From Leptogorgia sarmentosa (Eukaryota): a stretch of DNA of 64,000 nt. Position numbers and translations under genes: made by a program. Below, one piece after another: positions 13,801 through 26,900 of this stretch; within the stretch, counting starts at the first letter, position 1, and every line of letters begins with the position of its first letter. The notes beneath the pieces are model-generated. The model made no database searches and had not been told where the DNA came from. It was given only the letters and a program-made list of their open reading frames with translations. Location: contig OZ210885.1 in assembly GCA_964658305.1 (NCBI GenBank), positions 5,704,001-5,768,000 of the forward strand, in the 5' to 3' direction.

Positions 13801-16800
13801 AATCCCAACATTAAAAAAAGTCCACGCTGTAAATCGCGTTAACTTTACTCGTTCCATTGTAAAAATTGGTGCAAAAGCTGTAAGTTTTGCTTTTGATCTA
13901 TATAAAACCGTCAAAAATGTCTCAACCTGACAATAAGCCATCTAATACCCGCCAATTTTGAGTTACCTGACATCTCATTTTGAAACGAAATTCACAGAAC
14001 GTACCAGTACATGTAGGTTCACGACCAGTCCACGTTAGATCAGACAGACATGTTCTAGTTGAGCTACCTCTCAGTTGGTAGCAGTGAGCGCACGAAAAAA
14101 TGAGCTTTCGTCCCACTTGCAGAGTTCCGTTCTGGCTACCTCCCCATGGTGTACCACCCGGATCTTTGCAGCTTCTCACTGTAACGAAATCGCTTCAGGA
14201 TTTAGTGGTCCTATTACAGAATAATTGCGAAGCTTAGTAACCGTAACTTAAACGGCATGGAAACGCGGTTTGCTGAGGTCTTGGTTTCGTTCTATTGCTG
14301 CTTTAATCAAAGTGTGAGGGCCCATGTGTTGTACCAATTTTGAATCGATTTCGCATACCCTTTCTCCATTAAACATCACTTTAGCTCAATAAAATTGTAC
14401 TAGCTTAGGTAATTTCATTGAACTCTAAATGACCTGGAATTTTTTGTAAAATTAACGTTTTTGTAACGTGTCATCACCTCTACGCTGTTCAGAACAATGG
14501 GACCACTATAATTATGACTGATTTGTACACCCTGTACAGATCTGTGTAATTTATTTTGAACGAGATAATGCTTGATAGGTTTAATTAATTTTTAACTTTG
14601 AATAAATAAACAAGCATCGTTATTAGGCTGCCTATGGTGAAATCGATATTTAGAGGCAGTCTGACAAAATCCGATTAAGTACATACTATGTAGTAAAATC
14701 TACCTTCGCAAACTGGCTCGTTACCACTCCACGTGCCATTGATCTGACAGCGTCTCATTGAGGATCCATTCAACTGGTAGCCATGGTCACAGTAGTATTG
14801 CACAATACTGTCATACTCTTGTGATGTGGAGGTTGCACGTACATAGCCGTTGATTGGTTTTTGAAGCAAGCTACATGTGACAGCTGTAAGAAACCAAAAT
14901 TGTTATATTAGCACGGTAAATGCCATTCGTGATTGATCAATTTGTGGTCACGTGGCGTCCATTCTTTTCCTGCAGATAAATTACTTGTTGGCACAATTAA
15001 AATGCTGCCGTACAAAGTTTTGTACATTCACTTTTTACAGCCGGCTTTCTATTAAAGTCATCAAGATATTTCATCAAGATATTCCATCTTGAAGGCATAA
15101 ATTGAAATAGTTTCTGCTTCATTTAAACTTTTATTTAAGTGAAATTGTATACTAGGAAAGGGAATTGCGCGAATCGAAAAGTAACAATGTATATTTTCGT
15201 TGTTTAAACGTTGACATTAATTTACAGAAACTAAATATTTTAGTATTGTTTTTAGTTGTTTTTAAGCCATGTAACTAGCTATATACTGAGTAACCTTACC
15301 TTCGCAGACTGGCTCGTTGCCAGTCCATGTGCCATTTTTCTGACAGCGTCTCAGAGACGACCCATTTAATTGGTAGCCATGGTCACAGTAGTATTGTACA
15401 ATACTACCAAAATGATGCGAATTGGAGGTTAGATAGCCGTTGATTGGATTTTGAAGCAAGGTACAATTGACAGCTATAAGGCACCAAAAATATTGTTATG
15501 ACAAACTAGACTAAGTTAGGGTAAGCGCATTCGTGATTGGCTGTTTTGTGATCATGTAGCTTCGCATGATGTTCTCAAAGGATATATGTAAATGAAATGA
15601 TACAATGTTTCTTTCGCGACTGCAAGATACTGTATTATCATTTATCATATTATGCCCACATATTCAATTTCACGATGTAAGTTGGATGGCTACAAGTGGA
15701 ATTTGTTTTAATAATTTCAATAACCGCAGAATTATCGACGTATTTATATAGTGTTGCTATATCTCATTGACAATGATGAGAAAAACAAACTGCCCAACTT
15801 CGTGCCAGCATGACTAGTAAAAATCATGCCCAAATTGCAGGAAATCAAGTCTTGGGAGCTCAAAAACGCAAATGTTTTCATGGGGAGAGTCCACGGACCT
15901 CTAGGATTTATTCCGGAAAAGGTCCGGGATTTATTAGTTCGGTTGTAATGGAAAATTTCCATCGTTTCACTCCCCACAGAAAGGAAATGAAAGTATATTA
16001 GTGGCATCTCAAGCGTATCTATAATAATATACATAAATCTATTCCTCGACTTTCTCTAATCAATGCATTCTTTGTAATCTTTGCAATGGCTTTCAACGAA
16101 AAATTTTGAAAAAAAAACCTTTGTTGTATAAACACATTAAAATTTACCGACACAGGTTGGGCTCGCTGCTGACCATTTTCCGTCACTCTGACAAGTTATC
16201 CTTCTAGAGCCTTCCAGCTGATAACCAGCGTAACAGATAAACTCAGCAGGTTCTCCCCCACAGTAACTGGAATTAGATATTGTTTTTCCATTCACAGGAT
16301 CTTGTAACGTGCTGCATTTTATTACTAAATAGAGCAAATAGGTTAAATCAACATAACCTCACGGTAACTTTATGAGATTTGCTCAACTAATTCCCGAGCT
16401 GTATTTTTCTCCTCACTCTACATTTTTTCGTACTTGGTATTATTTTAATTGCACCAGGTTTGTTGTTCTTTCCGCACTATTTTGAGAATAATTTTAAAAC
16501 GTCAACGATGATATCCTTCGATTGCAAGCTGATAATTCATAATGCCATTTCGGCAGGGCCGGATTAACAAATTTTGGGACAGGTGTGACGCGAAATTTAT
16601 GACCTGCGAAATTTATGACTATTGTAGTTCTGCACATGCGCAAAGGGTGCGCATGATTGACATCCGGTCAGAAATTTCGCAATCCTTCGAACTGGGATAC
16701 ACGTGGACTTTCGATAACTGTTTTCAAGTCGTAGTTTCTAAAATATTTTTGTAAAAATGTCCTTTAATACTGCATCGAGTGGTAACCCTAGCTGCGCTGG

Positions 16801-19800
16801 ATGAATACAATTTCAGAAAACTTATGCAACAAGTTTTAGGCCTGTTACTTAGAAGTCATGTAACCCAAAGAAAATTGTTATTTTTCAATAATAATGCGTC
16901 ACCACCTTAAATAACACTTAGCAAAACTATACAAAATATTGCATATAAACGTTGGGAACTAACATCAGTAATGTTTCAGTTTTGAGTGATACTCTATACT
17001 ATGTTGGGAAACAAGGAGCAAAGGTTCATTATAACCAGTCTGAAGGAAGGAGGATCAAGGTTTTATTTACGAGGGAAGAGGTTGGTAACATTGAATAATG
17101 TGGTCAGTTATCACTTATAAAAAAACTTTAAAAACAAGTGAACAATTGTTGAAATATACATTAATGCTCAGGATTTTTTCTCGTGGCAGTGGAAGAAACA
17201 CAGCAGTATGCAAAATTTGCAAAAACGATGACGGCGATGACTGGCTCGGTTGCGACAAATGTGGGCAATTTTTTCACGCCAATTGCAGGGGTGTAATTAA
17301 TTTTTTGACAGCCCTCTCTCAAACCTTTTATTGTTAGGACTGTTGTGTAAATTATGGCTGTACATACTGTATATACCTATTCAATGTTTAAAATAGTTAT
17401 GTAAATATGGAGTGAAAAAATATGTAAATATGGAGGGAAAAAATAATTCGTGTTATTTCCTGAATTTCCCCGCAGATTTGTTAACGTAAATATGCCAACT
17501 CACACAACACATTCATCTATATCAATTTGTATTAAAGTATGCCCCATCCAATGTGCTCAGTATCGGGTAATGCCTTTTCCACTGATAAACGTTTTTAACA
17601 ATGACCTTAATACTAATAATCTTGCTATTATATGAAAAAAATTTAGAAATGATTTTTAGGGTTATTTTCAATATTTGAAATAAACATTAACAATTCCCTG
17701 GTTGAAATCTTGAACAGGATCCTGACAGGATCCTAACAAGATCCTACCTAGGATCTTAATTGGATCCTAGGCAGGATCTTACAAAAGATCAACAGGATCC
17801 TGTACAGGATCCTCTCAGGATCCTATAGGATCCTACAAGATCTTATGCAAGATCCTGTAGGATCCTACAGAATCTCGTACAAGATCCTAGCCAGGATCCT
17901 GAATGGCTTTTGTATGATCCTACAAGATCCTAGCCAGGATCCTGAATGGCTTTTGTAGGATCCTACAAGATCCTAGCTAGGATCCTGAATGGCTTTGTAG
18001 GATCCTACAAGATCCTAGCTAGGATCCTGAATGGCTTTTGTATGATCCTACAAGATCCTAGCCAGGATCCTGAATGGCTTTTGTAGGATCCTACAAGATC
18101 CTAGCCAGGATCCTGAATGGCTTTTGTAGGATCCTACAAGATCCTAGCTAGGATCCTGAATGGCTTTTGTAGGATCCTACAAGATCCTAGCTAGGATCCT
18201 GAATGGCTTTGTAGGATCCTACAAGACCTATTGATTATTAGGTAAGACGATTTGTTAGTCGATCTTGTTGGAATGAAAATAACGAAAACCAGTGTTTTGT
18301 GTTTTATTCAAGTTTGATAATTAACATCAAAACGAACACTGGTGTAGCTTTCCTTGATTTTGCTGCAGTAAATTTCTTTATTATTACTGGCAATTAAGGA
18401 CCTGTTTTTCGTTGGGGCCTGGAGCTGTAGTCCCATCCGCCCCTAGTGTTAATCCGGGCCTGTATTTCGGCAACAACTATATGTAAGTGTACCCTAACTT
18501 TTTCCACGTCCAAGAGAGTTTTTAAATCCTAAATAAGCATTTGAAACAGTCTCTCTCTTGTTTAAATGCGTTTAAAAAAACATCCACGGAACTTACTAGT
18601 GCATGTAGGTTGATGACCAGTCCACGTTAGATCAGACAGACATGTTCTACTTGAGCTGCCTCTGAGCTGGTAGCACTGAGCGCATGAAAACAGGAGTGTT
18701 CCTCCAACCTCTAGAGTGCCGTTTTTGCTACCATTACGCGGTGTACCAGGATCTTGGCAGTTCATAACTGTAGAAAATGGCGGGAAGATTTAGTGGTCAT
18801 AATAACCTAAACAATTACTTTATAGTTTCTGAGTTTGGATGGCCTGATCCAAACACGCGAGAATGTTGCGAGAGTTATGAAAAGCGCGCGAAATCACGAG
18901 CCAAAGGCGGGCCAATTTGCGCGCCTTTCTCCACTCGAGCAACATTCTCAAGTGTTTGGATCAGACCATTCAAACACGGAAACCATAAAGTACAATTGTT
19001 TTATAAAATAACAACAACAGAGTCAGACGCGTTTAAAATTCCCGCGAAGGCACTTTAAATTTCAGTGTTTGGATGGCTTGATCCAAACACGGGTTTCGAC
19101 CAATCAGAGCACGCGTTATATACATGTTCCTTTATGATATATGTTACATATCAATTTGCGAAATTTTGTAACCGCCTAGCTCTTCCACAAAATGAAAACG
19201 AGGCTTGCCAAAATATTGGTTCTATTGTATGTTTTTTCAAGTTCAAAATATGATTCGGCCTTTCACTGTCTATGGGGAGAAACGCTGGGGAGTCAACTGT
19301 ATATTCGATAACCTTACCTTGACAGACTGGTTCGTGACCAGTCCACGCGGCATTTCTCTGACAACGTCTCTGAGGTGATCCAATTAACTTGTAGCCATAG
19401 TCACAGTGGTATTGTACAATACTGTCATACTCTTGTGAATTGGAAGTTAGATAACCGTTGACTGGATTTTGAAGCAAGCTACATTTGACAGCTGTAATAT
19501 GCCAAGAGTATGATATACGAATAATGAAAACTTGTTATATAGCAAGGGTATGTGTCATTCGTAAATGATCAATTTGTGATCACGTGGCTTCGTTAAAGGA
19601 TGTAATGTATCCCATCAGATGACAAGCAAAAATTCCCCCCCTGGCTACACACATTAAAAAAAAGAGCTAAATCTTGAAATTTCACGTTTGCCACAATCGT
19701 TGACTATCAATCCCCAGCAATGTTCAGGATTTTTAAATTTACGACTGATTTTTATACTTTTTCTTTGCCCCTCCCCCGAAAAAAAAATAAAGACAAACAC

Positions 19801-22800
19801 CATTGAAATAATAATATTAACCTTCCCAACGGTTAATCGTATTCTAGTTAAAACACAACACAAACAATAATATCGAAGATTAATCATCGGAAATTTACGA
19901 TATTGGCATTACCTATATCGGCCGGGTGAATTATTCGTTTGCTTTTAAGGATTTGCCGGCGAAGCAAAATCCTTTATGTCATCGGATAGTGTAAGTGCGT
20001 AAGTGCGTAACAATAGAATGGCGATCAGTTCCGACTACTCCAAATCTCGTGATATGTCGGTGGTTGTGTGCGCCATTACTTTTGACGATATATCGGCATA
20101 TGAAATATGTTTTATTCCCTGGGCTGTAGCCTGTATATTATTTAAAAATAGGCTCTTGTATTAACTTAAAAAAAACCATTGCAGGTTATGAAATGCAAAG
20201 GAAAGTCGATCAAATGTCGACAAGTGGAACTTTATATATATTACAATGTCTCCACTGTTGATTATTGTTTCTCCCGTAAATTACACAGAATTTTTTTGCC
20301 AGCGTTCCGCCAGAGCGAGTTTACAATACAATGGCTGTAAATATCGCAAATCCTTACGCACTGTCACAGTGCCTATTTTTATGTCTGGGATAAAATCACT
20401 TCCGATGTATTCGCACGCGACATGAAAACACTGCCTCTTTTTGAAGAATTTTTTACCTATCGCCGCGTAACAGAGACCGTGGAGTTGGGTGAAGCCAGGG
20501 GGGGGGCATGCCCCCCCTCACCTTTTGGCACATGAAGTTCAGTAAATGTTCAGCGCAGCTGATCGTCGGGCAATGCAGAGTAGTTCGACGTAGACGCCTG
20601 CAACTGTGACGCAGAGAATTGGATAAAAACCCGTTTTCCTTAGTTTGCTCATTACTGCAAAGTCAGCTCAAAGCTATTATACACATGCATTGCACACTTT
20701 ATGCTCTCGTGCAATGCACTAACGCTCAGATTTTCAGATGACTATTTATCGTGGGTACTTAGCGATTGAGCACTGAAACGATTCAAATTTTTCCTATCCG
20801 CAGAACTCAATCCACATGCCTGTTCATGCAAGGCTGTCCTCTGCATTAGTTTTAGATTGGTTGCGCAGGGACATAAAGTGTGAGAGAGATGGGGCTGGAA
20901 CACCCCCTCCCCATTATCGTCGTCTGTAAAATTCACTAACTCGGTCCCTTATTTATTTGCGTAAATTTAAATACGGAAAATATAGCCCTGCGAAGTTGGC
21001 AAATTTGTATACATTTGTATTACGCGCGAAATGAAGTAACTAATTTAGCTAGCAATTCACGCACGTAACACAAAAGTATACAAATTTTGCCTACTTTCTA
21101 CGGCTATATTTTCGGCTATATTTTCCGTATTTTACAACATTTTTGCCCCCAAACTTTGCAATTTTACTAATTTTGGGATGGTCTTTAACGCTATTGATAT
21201 GAATTGTACTATTTCGAACTTTTTATGAATTTTGTCTATCATGCAATTGGCCATTCCAGAATGGGTTTATGCGTTGTAAATGCGAGCGTATCAAAGTTTT
21301 TATTGTTGCAAAATATTAAAAAATTCTGCATGTAAAAGAACACGGGTGACAATTGGCTTGAAATAGTTTATAAACCCTGAAAGGTTTAATAGACCTCTAC
21401 AGATTGTGCTAGTAAATTTCAAAAAAGTTGCTCCAAAAACTGCTCCAAAGTTGCTCAAAAGTTGCCGGAAAATTGGAAAAGTTGCTGTTAAATTTGAAAA
21501 GTTGCTATTAGTTGCTAGGATATTTCATGAATGTTCATAGTTCGTACAAAAAAACATATCCATGAGTCATTTACAGGCATTGTGATTGTTGAACAAAGAA
21601 ACCAAACAACATGGCGGTCGCGTGAGTCACGAGATCACGCGAGTCGCGAGATCCTTTATGAATAACCGCTGAAAACCTCACGCATCGCAACGAGTCACGG
21701 GCGCATAAATAGGACGCTCTTTTCGATTATTTTGTTGATCCAGAGATCTAAATATGTTTATAGTGATATGATCAAGATTTTATTCAATAATTTGTGACGA
21801 ATTAGCAGTGTGGAATGTGTAAAAGCCTAAAAGTTGCTTACTGTTGCTCAAAAAAGTAAATTAAGTTGCTCCAAGTTGCTCGAAACCAGAAAAGTTGCTC
21901 GAAACTAGAAAAGTTGCTCAAAAGTTGCCGAGCATAATCTGTAGAGGCCTAAGGTTTAAAACTTGATATAACTCGTAAATTACGTCGAACACTGTTAATA
22001 GGCATTCTAAACTCGTGGATTTGTTTCCAATATAAATTACATGAAAATAATATGTATTCACTCACCGTCGCAGGTTGGAATCGCTGCAGACCATTTTCCG
22101 TTGCTTTGACAAGTTATTCTCTTTGAACCAGTTAACTGGTAACCAGAAAAACACTTGAATTTCGTCGGTCTTTCGGTACAGAATCTTGAATATACAGCAA
22201 TTCGTCCATTTCTTGGGTGTTGTAAAGAGCCACACACCACGGCTAAACATTGAAGAAATACTTGAGCAAAATTAAAGGCAGAAGGTAAATCTAAATTTAA
22301 TGATTCGAGCCCAGGCCCTGCCGTGTCGAGTCAGTACGGGCAAAGGTCATTCATGGGGAATTGGTCTTACTCATTGATATATAGCAATTAGCAAGACTGG
22401 ATAGTGCATCTGCTATGAATAAATGAAGCCGGCTGGCGGTCATATTGCATGGCCCCACTCAAATCTATTCTGGTGTTGGGGAGATGTCTAATAAGTTTCT
22501 ATTTAACAATTAGTCGCCGAAGGCGAGGTGATTACAAGCTCATATTAGCTCTAGTTGCTGATGCTAATGTAAAAACATTTTTCAGATAATTTCTTATCAG
22601 TGGTTGGTCTTATTTCGTCTTAAATTTGCCAATGAATAAGTAATCCAATATATGTCTAATTTTTACTCATTTTTCCTCGTTTTAATCTTTTCCCTTGTTT
22701 TACTTTTTATTCCGCGTTTCATCCTATATTCCGCGTTCACTCTCTATTCCGTTTCCGAAATTCCGTTTCCGCCGTTCCTTTTCTTTAATTCCGTTTCCGC

Positions 22801-23979
22801 ATTTTACCCTTATTAATTTTTCGCGCGTTTATTATAAACAGCGCGCGATTGCGAAGTTGTATTGCCAATCTTAGAAAATCGACTCTATAGGTAAGTCATT
22901 TCGCTCTTTCGCTTTTAATCGGTGTTGCCTCTAGTCTATCCTCTGATGTTTGGGGAGAACTGAGAACAAATATATAATTCGAACGCGTGCGAACATTACA
23001 GACATGCTTAATTGCATATGATCCATGAAACTTACCGGTACATACAGGTTGACGACCCGACCACGTTAGATCAGGGAGACATGTTCTAGTTGAGCTGCCT
23101 CTGAGCTGATAGCACTGAGCGCATGAAAAATGGAGTGTTCTTCCAACTTGTAGAGTTCCGTTCTTGCTTCCATTACGCGGTGTACCAGGATCTTCGCAGC
23201 TCTTACCTGTAAGAATGAACTATCTTAATCATTTCAGCATTTCAGCTTTCCTTTCCCATATTGGTCTCCAAAAAGATTTGCCCACACAAACACAATATTA
23301 AATACAGATATCCACCAGTAAAAAACAGACTCAGTCCAGTCACTTGATGAAACAAATTCCATCGTCTGCTATGTATAAATGAAGCCACTGGCGGCCATTT
23401 TCGATGGCCCGACTCAAGTCTATTTTGATGTAGGGAAGATGTCTAAAAGGTTTCTATACGTTTCTAGTTGCTGGTGCAAATGGAAAAACATTTTCCAAAT
23501 AATAATAGTTACTAGTCTTATTTCTTCCTAAATTTGCCAATGAATAAGCAATTGGGGCCATCCAAAATGTCTGCCAAAAGCCTCATTATGTGGTGTTTAA
23601 AAAGTACTAAGGCTAATATTACGAAATATTTGGGGCTGTATTTCGCAAGTTACATCGAAAAAGATGTTTGCTCATACAGTAGCCTAACTAATTTAGAAAG
23701 CAAGCGCTTTGGCCTAGTCCAAAATTTGACACATTTATAAACCGAACTTCATTAAAAATATTCTGGCTTCAAAATTGAGTCACTGAACACAATAGGATGT
23801 TCGAACCAGTATTAGAATAGATCAGTGGGCTACCTACATATATAAGCTGGCCACAATGATTGACCTTTTTTCACGAAAGAAATGTGAGGCTATGCTAACC
23901 TCTTACCTTGAACTGAATATGCTGCGAACCTAAGACACAACACTATGGCCAGAAATGTCTTGAACAGACAAGGATTCAT
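4865..23979 (-). CDS. Secreted multi-CCP (Sushi) protein with a C-terminal F-type lectin (fucolectin)-like domain; 16 exons, 909 aa
   Basis: Exons 5'->3': 23979-23907 (signal peptide MNPCLFKTFLAIVLCLRFAAYSVQG); 23206-23036, 22242-22066, 19491-19318, 18767-18597, 16324-16148, 15473-15300, 14883-14704, 14178-14005, 12584-12408 (9 CCP); 12023-11895 (S/T linker); 10784-10620, 9517-9347, 7263-7090 (3 CCP); 6675-6518 and 5149-4865 (NIALGKP..SS..AVDG..W.RID..GRYV..EVEVY). All GT-AG, phases compatible, 2730 nt total. No TM segment. Confidence 0.88.
5797..6181. mobile_element. MITE; partial copies at ~11305-11550 and ~20965-21255
   Basis: Termini aatggaccaattgc / gcaattaggtccatt. The internal palindromic aaatgttgtaaaatacggaaaatata motif is shared with the other copies. 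Confidence 0.75.
6240..6474. mobile_element. CCC...GGG MITE with 2-bp TSD (AT), CACTA/EnSpm-like, filled with CACATGTG repeats
   Basis: at|cccgtacgaaaaatacacatgt ... acatgtgtatttttcataaggg|at. Confidence 0.75.
6779..7046. mobile_element. MITE with ~37-bp perfect inverted ends
   Basis: atttcaatagtaccatgatatagcttagcaatttgaa and its exact reverse complement at 7010-7046. Confidence 0.8.
7640..7910 (-). mobile_element. Hairpin-headed repeat element
   Basis: Hairpin at 7802-7908 with a GCGAAGC loop on the minus strand; gattggc near the opposite end. Confidence 0.65.
12634..12870. mobile_element. PIF/Harbinger-like MITE
   Basis: TIR gggccggtt...gtttagcttaaacgg / ccgtttaagctaaac...aaccggccc; 3-bp flanks CTG/CTA. 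Confidence 0.7.
13013..13356. mobile_element. MITE with an internal tRNA-derived segment
   Basis: TIR acgtaccatgac / gtcatggtacgt; interior similar to the elements at 45802 and 53594. Confidence 0.65.
17209..17343 (+). pseudogene. PHD finger fragment (C4HC3), probably transposon-derived
   Basis: CKIC..DDWLGCDKC..FFHANC..FYC*DC, with a TAG between the last two cysteines. Confidence 0.7.
17877..18226. repeat. 43-bp minisatellite, ~8 copies (GGATCCT-rich), preceded by degenerate GATCCT repeats from ~17716
   Basis: tgaatggctt recurs at 17900, 17943, 17986, 18028, 18071, 18114, 18157 and 18200. Confidence 0.95.
18812..19140 (+). mobile_element. Hairpin-headed repeat element
   Basis: Long imperfect hairpin (actttatagtttc...gaaaccataaagt) with accaatcagag near the distal end. 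Confidence 0.6.
21390..21951. mobile_element. hAT-like MITE, 8-bp TSD AGGTTTAA, subterminal AAGTTGCT repeats
   Basis: aggtttaa|tagacctctacagattgtgct ... agcataatctgtagaggccta|aggtttaa. Confidence 0.85.
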
Positions 23980-26900
23980 TCTCCCCCAAAAATGAATAAA
24001 AAGATAGTCCAAAAAAGGTTGTAGTTGACTTCGAAAAAAGTTGTCCTTCACTTAAAAACAGTTCTCCTTTTCCAACCAATATGAAGAGCAGAATGAGCCA
24101 AATGCGCATTCTGTTACAGATTTATGTCGCCACGTTTACGTCAGTAAGTCATCTTAAATCATCAATCGATACACCCGATAATTGCAGGAAGTTTTAGTAT
24201 TGTTATTATGAAACCAATAATTCCTTTCATCGTTACCACAAATCCGAAGTTTAATTACACAAATCTTGAAGATCTGTCACCATGAGATCAATTTTTTGTG
24301 CTGCGATAAGCACAAAAGTGAAACGCTAATAGAAACGATTATGACAATATGAATGTGTGTATTATACATATAACGCACACGCCTGTTTATTAAGTTTTAT
24401 TGTTATTCAGTTTTCGTAAACTAATGCTCTGATTGGTAGGTTTGTACCACGTGCATTATAGCCGTGCATGGACATTTCATATATCGCACTGCAAGATGGC
24501 CGCCGAGTGTGAAAAGTTTTTAGAATTGTCCTACGCCAACGAATACAAAGACAGCCACAGCGAGGGACGTCTCTTGAGGAGAGCGTGGGGGGTGGAACAA
24601 ACTGTACCCCCACCCAACTTCACCGACTCGGCAAATTTCGGCTTCAATCGGGCGAGTCAGAGCATAGTAAAAGCTCTTGACATCTTAGCGCGCTACTCCA
24701 AGTTTAAACTAAGTTAACTATACATAGCTAAAGGCCAAACGGTTTTGGCTAAAGAATTGGCAAACATTTATTGTAATTATCCGGATTTATAGTTATATTT
24801 TGGGTCGTCTAAATGCGAATAAACTATATAACACTATTTGCAATATTTCAACCCAACTGCCGACTGACCGGACTAAGCCTTGCCTTTAATCATTATTACA
24901 TCAAAGTGTCGAAACTCTAAAAATTTCGCTGATCGCCACACACAGAAACACAAAACGTTCCCGTTTCCGCCCAGACATGCGATTGACGCAAATATTTCTA
25001 ACCGATTTCAATTGTCACCAAAAACGAAAGATAAGCTATAGTCTTGAACCTCTGAGTCCATCGAACAGCCATGCCCAAAAATGAGACAATATAATGTCAA
25101 ATGCAATATTATGTGACGTAATGCAATACGTCACGAGTTAATTTGCTGAAAGTTCGATACATCATCGGTAGAGATAACAACGTTTGAGTGTTAGTGTTTA
25201 CCTTGAGAGCTCGTGACGTCAAAATACGTCATATTTGTGGAACAAACACAGCCTGTCTGCATGCCAGAAATTTTACGCTTACATAGCCTCTACGTTGCTT
25301 AGCAACGTAGACTTAACGTAGACGCAAAAATTTAAAATGATCCAGACTCTGAGGCTAGATAGGCCAACTATGTTCAGCTTCTTCGCCCCCCCCCCCCAAA
25401 TTGAAATCGTTCCTACGTCCCTATGGTCGTAGGAGATAGCGACGGGAGTGTGATTGTGATCATAAATAATTTTGAAAAGGTGACTTGTATAATGGTGGCA
25501 GAATATTCACTAAATTTATAATAAACCACTCTTGCGTCACGGTCTGCATTTTGTTGTAGAATGTATAATAAGGCAATTATCGAATTCGGATTTTCAAGGT
25601 CTCGAGATCACCTTCGTTGACACTTACCTCAACCTTCATAGTTGATAAGTCGGGATATCACAAACACCTATATAATCATATTATATATAAAAGACAGAAT
25701 TATTAACATCTGACAAGTTAGTAACCTTCTTTAACCTTCTTCATTACACAAATCTTGAGAACAACGGTGCACGACGCACTTTTCAATGAATTTTATGTTC
25801 ATTCGAACAATACTGTTCAAAACTAGCCTAATTAATTTTAGTATCTCCTTTTAGACTGCACAAATTATGCCATACATTACGGAACCACAGGCAATTTTTG
25901 TAAAATACAAAACAATAAACACTCAGCTTTTTTATTAATTAATAACTTACTGACTGAGAGTGAGGACTGTGCGAGAAAAGATCAACTGAGGTCTTGTTGT
26001 ATTCAAAGCGAGGTTTGATATTTTCCCGTACAGCCCGAACAGTGGAAGTCAGTAAGTTTTTTATTATATGGCATAGGTGCGTTTCGAAATGAGCTCAGAC
26101 GACATACTGTCAACACCAATAAACCAAATATTTATACTATACTTCGTTTAACTGACAAAAAACAATTTCGTACCCTTCATTTTCAACCACTGAGCAATAA
26201 AATCAACAGCGTCTCGGGGACACAAAACTCACTGTTTCCCTCTGTTTCCGTAAATAAATGATACTGAATAATGAATTTATACCACGGAACGCATTGAATC
26301 AAACTTTGCAGTTGATTTGCAAATTTAATTGACTATTATTTCAACAGTTTCTTAAGTGGTAGATTAGTAAAAAGGGATTTGACATCAAAGGAAATTAATA
26401 ATGCGTCACGATGAAACACATTAATAATCTGCCACGCAATTCTTCGTGAACGGATGGTGGAGAAGACAACCCCACAATTTGAATTTGTTCATGTTTTATC
26501 ATATTTCTTTCTTTCGAAGTTGATTGTTTCCATGGCCTTTAGACGTAAAAAACAGAATGACCACTCCACTGGCTATAGATCTATTTCTTTCTTATACATA
26601 TTTTCAAATGACAATAACACTTAATCGAATTTACAGATCTAATAAAAACTAATCTAGCTGAAAACAAAGTTTTATTTCTTCCTGCCATTATAGGGATTAT
26701 AGATAAATGGATTTAGATAAACGTAATTTAGTCCCAGGAATTTCCCTGGCTGCTGCTTTTCATCTCGGTTCCCGCAGAGATTCGACTGTCATCTAGTACT
26801 CTAATTAAAAACTTAAATCAACCACAAAATTGTGCGAATTGAAGTTTTTTGTAGGATTTAGTAACTAGTGATTGCTTACTTTGTGAAGTTAGCATTAGCA

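Larger units (their letters stand above)
16554..18462. mobile_element. hAT-like non-autonomous element (8-bp TSD) containing a PHD-finger relic and a minisatellite
   Basis: catttcgg|cagggccggattaaca ... tgttaatccgggcctg|tatttcgg (TSD 7/8 match). Confidence 0.7.

Noticed and set aside
17877..18226. CRISPR-like array (also considered for 59780-60272)
   Set aside because: Head-to-tail repeats without unique spacers, no cas genes, eukaryotic intron context.
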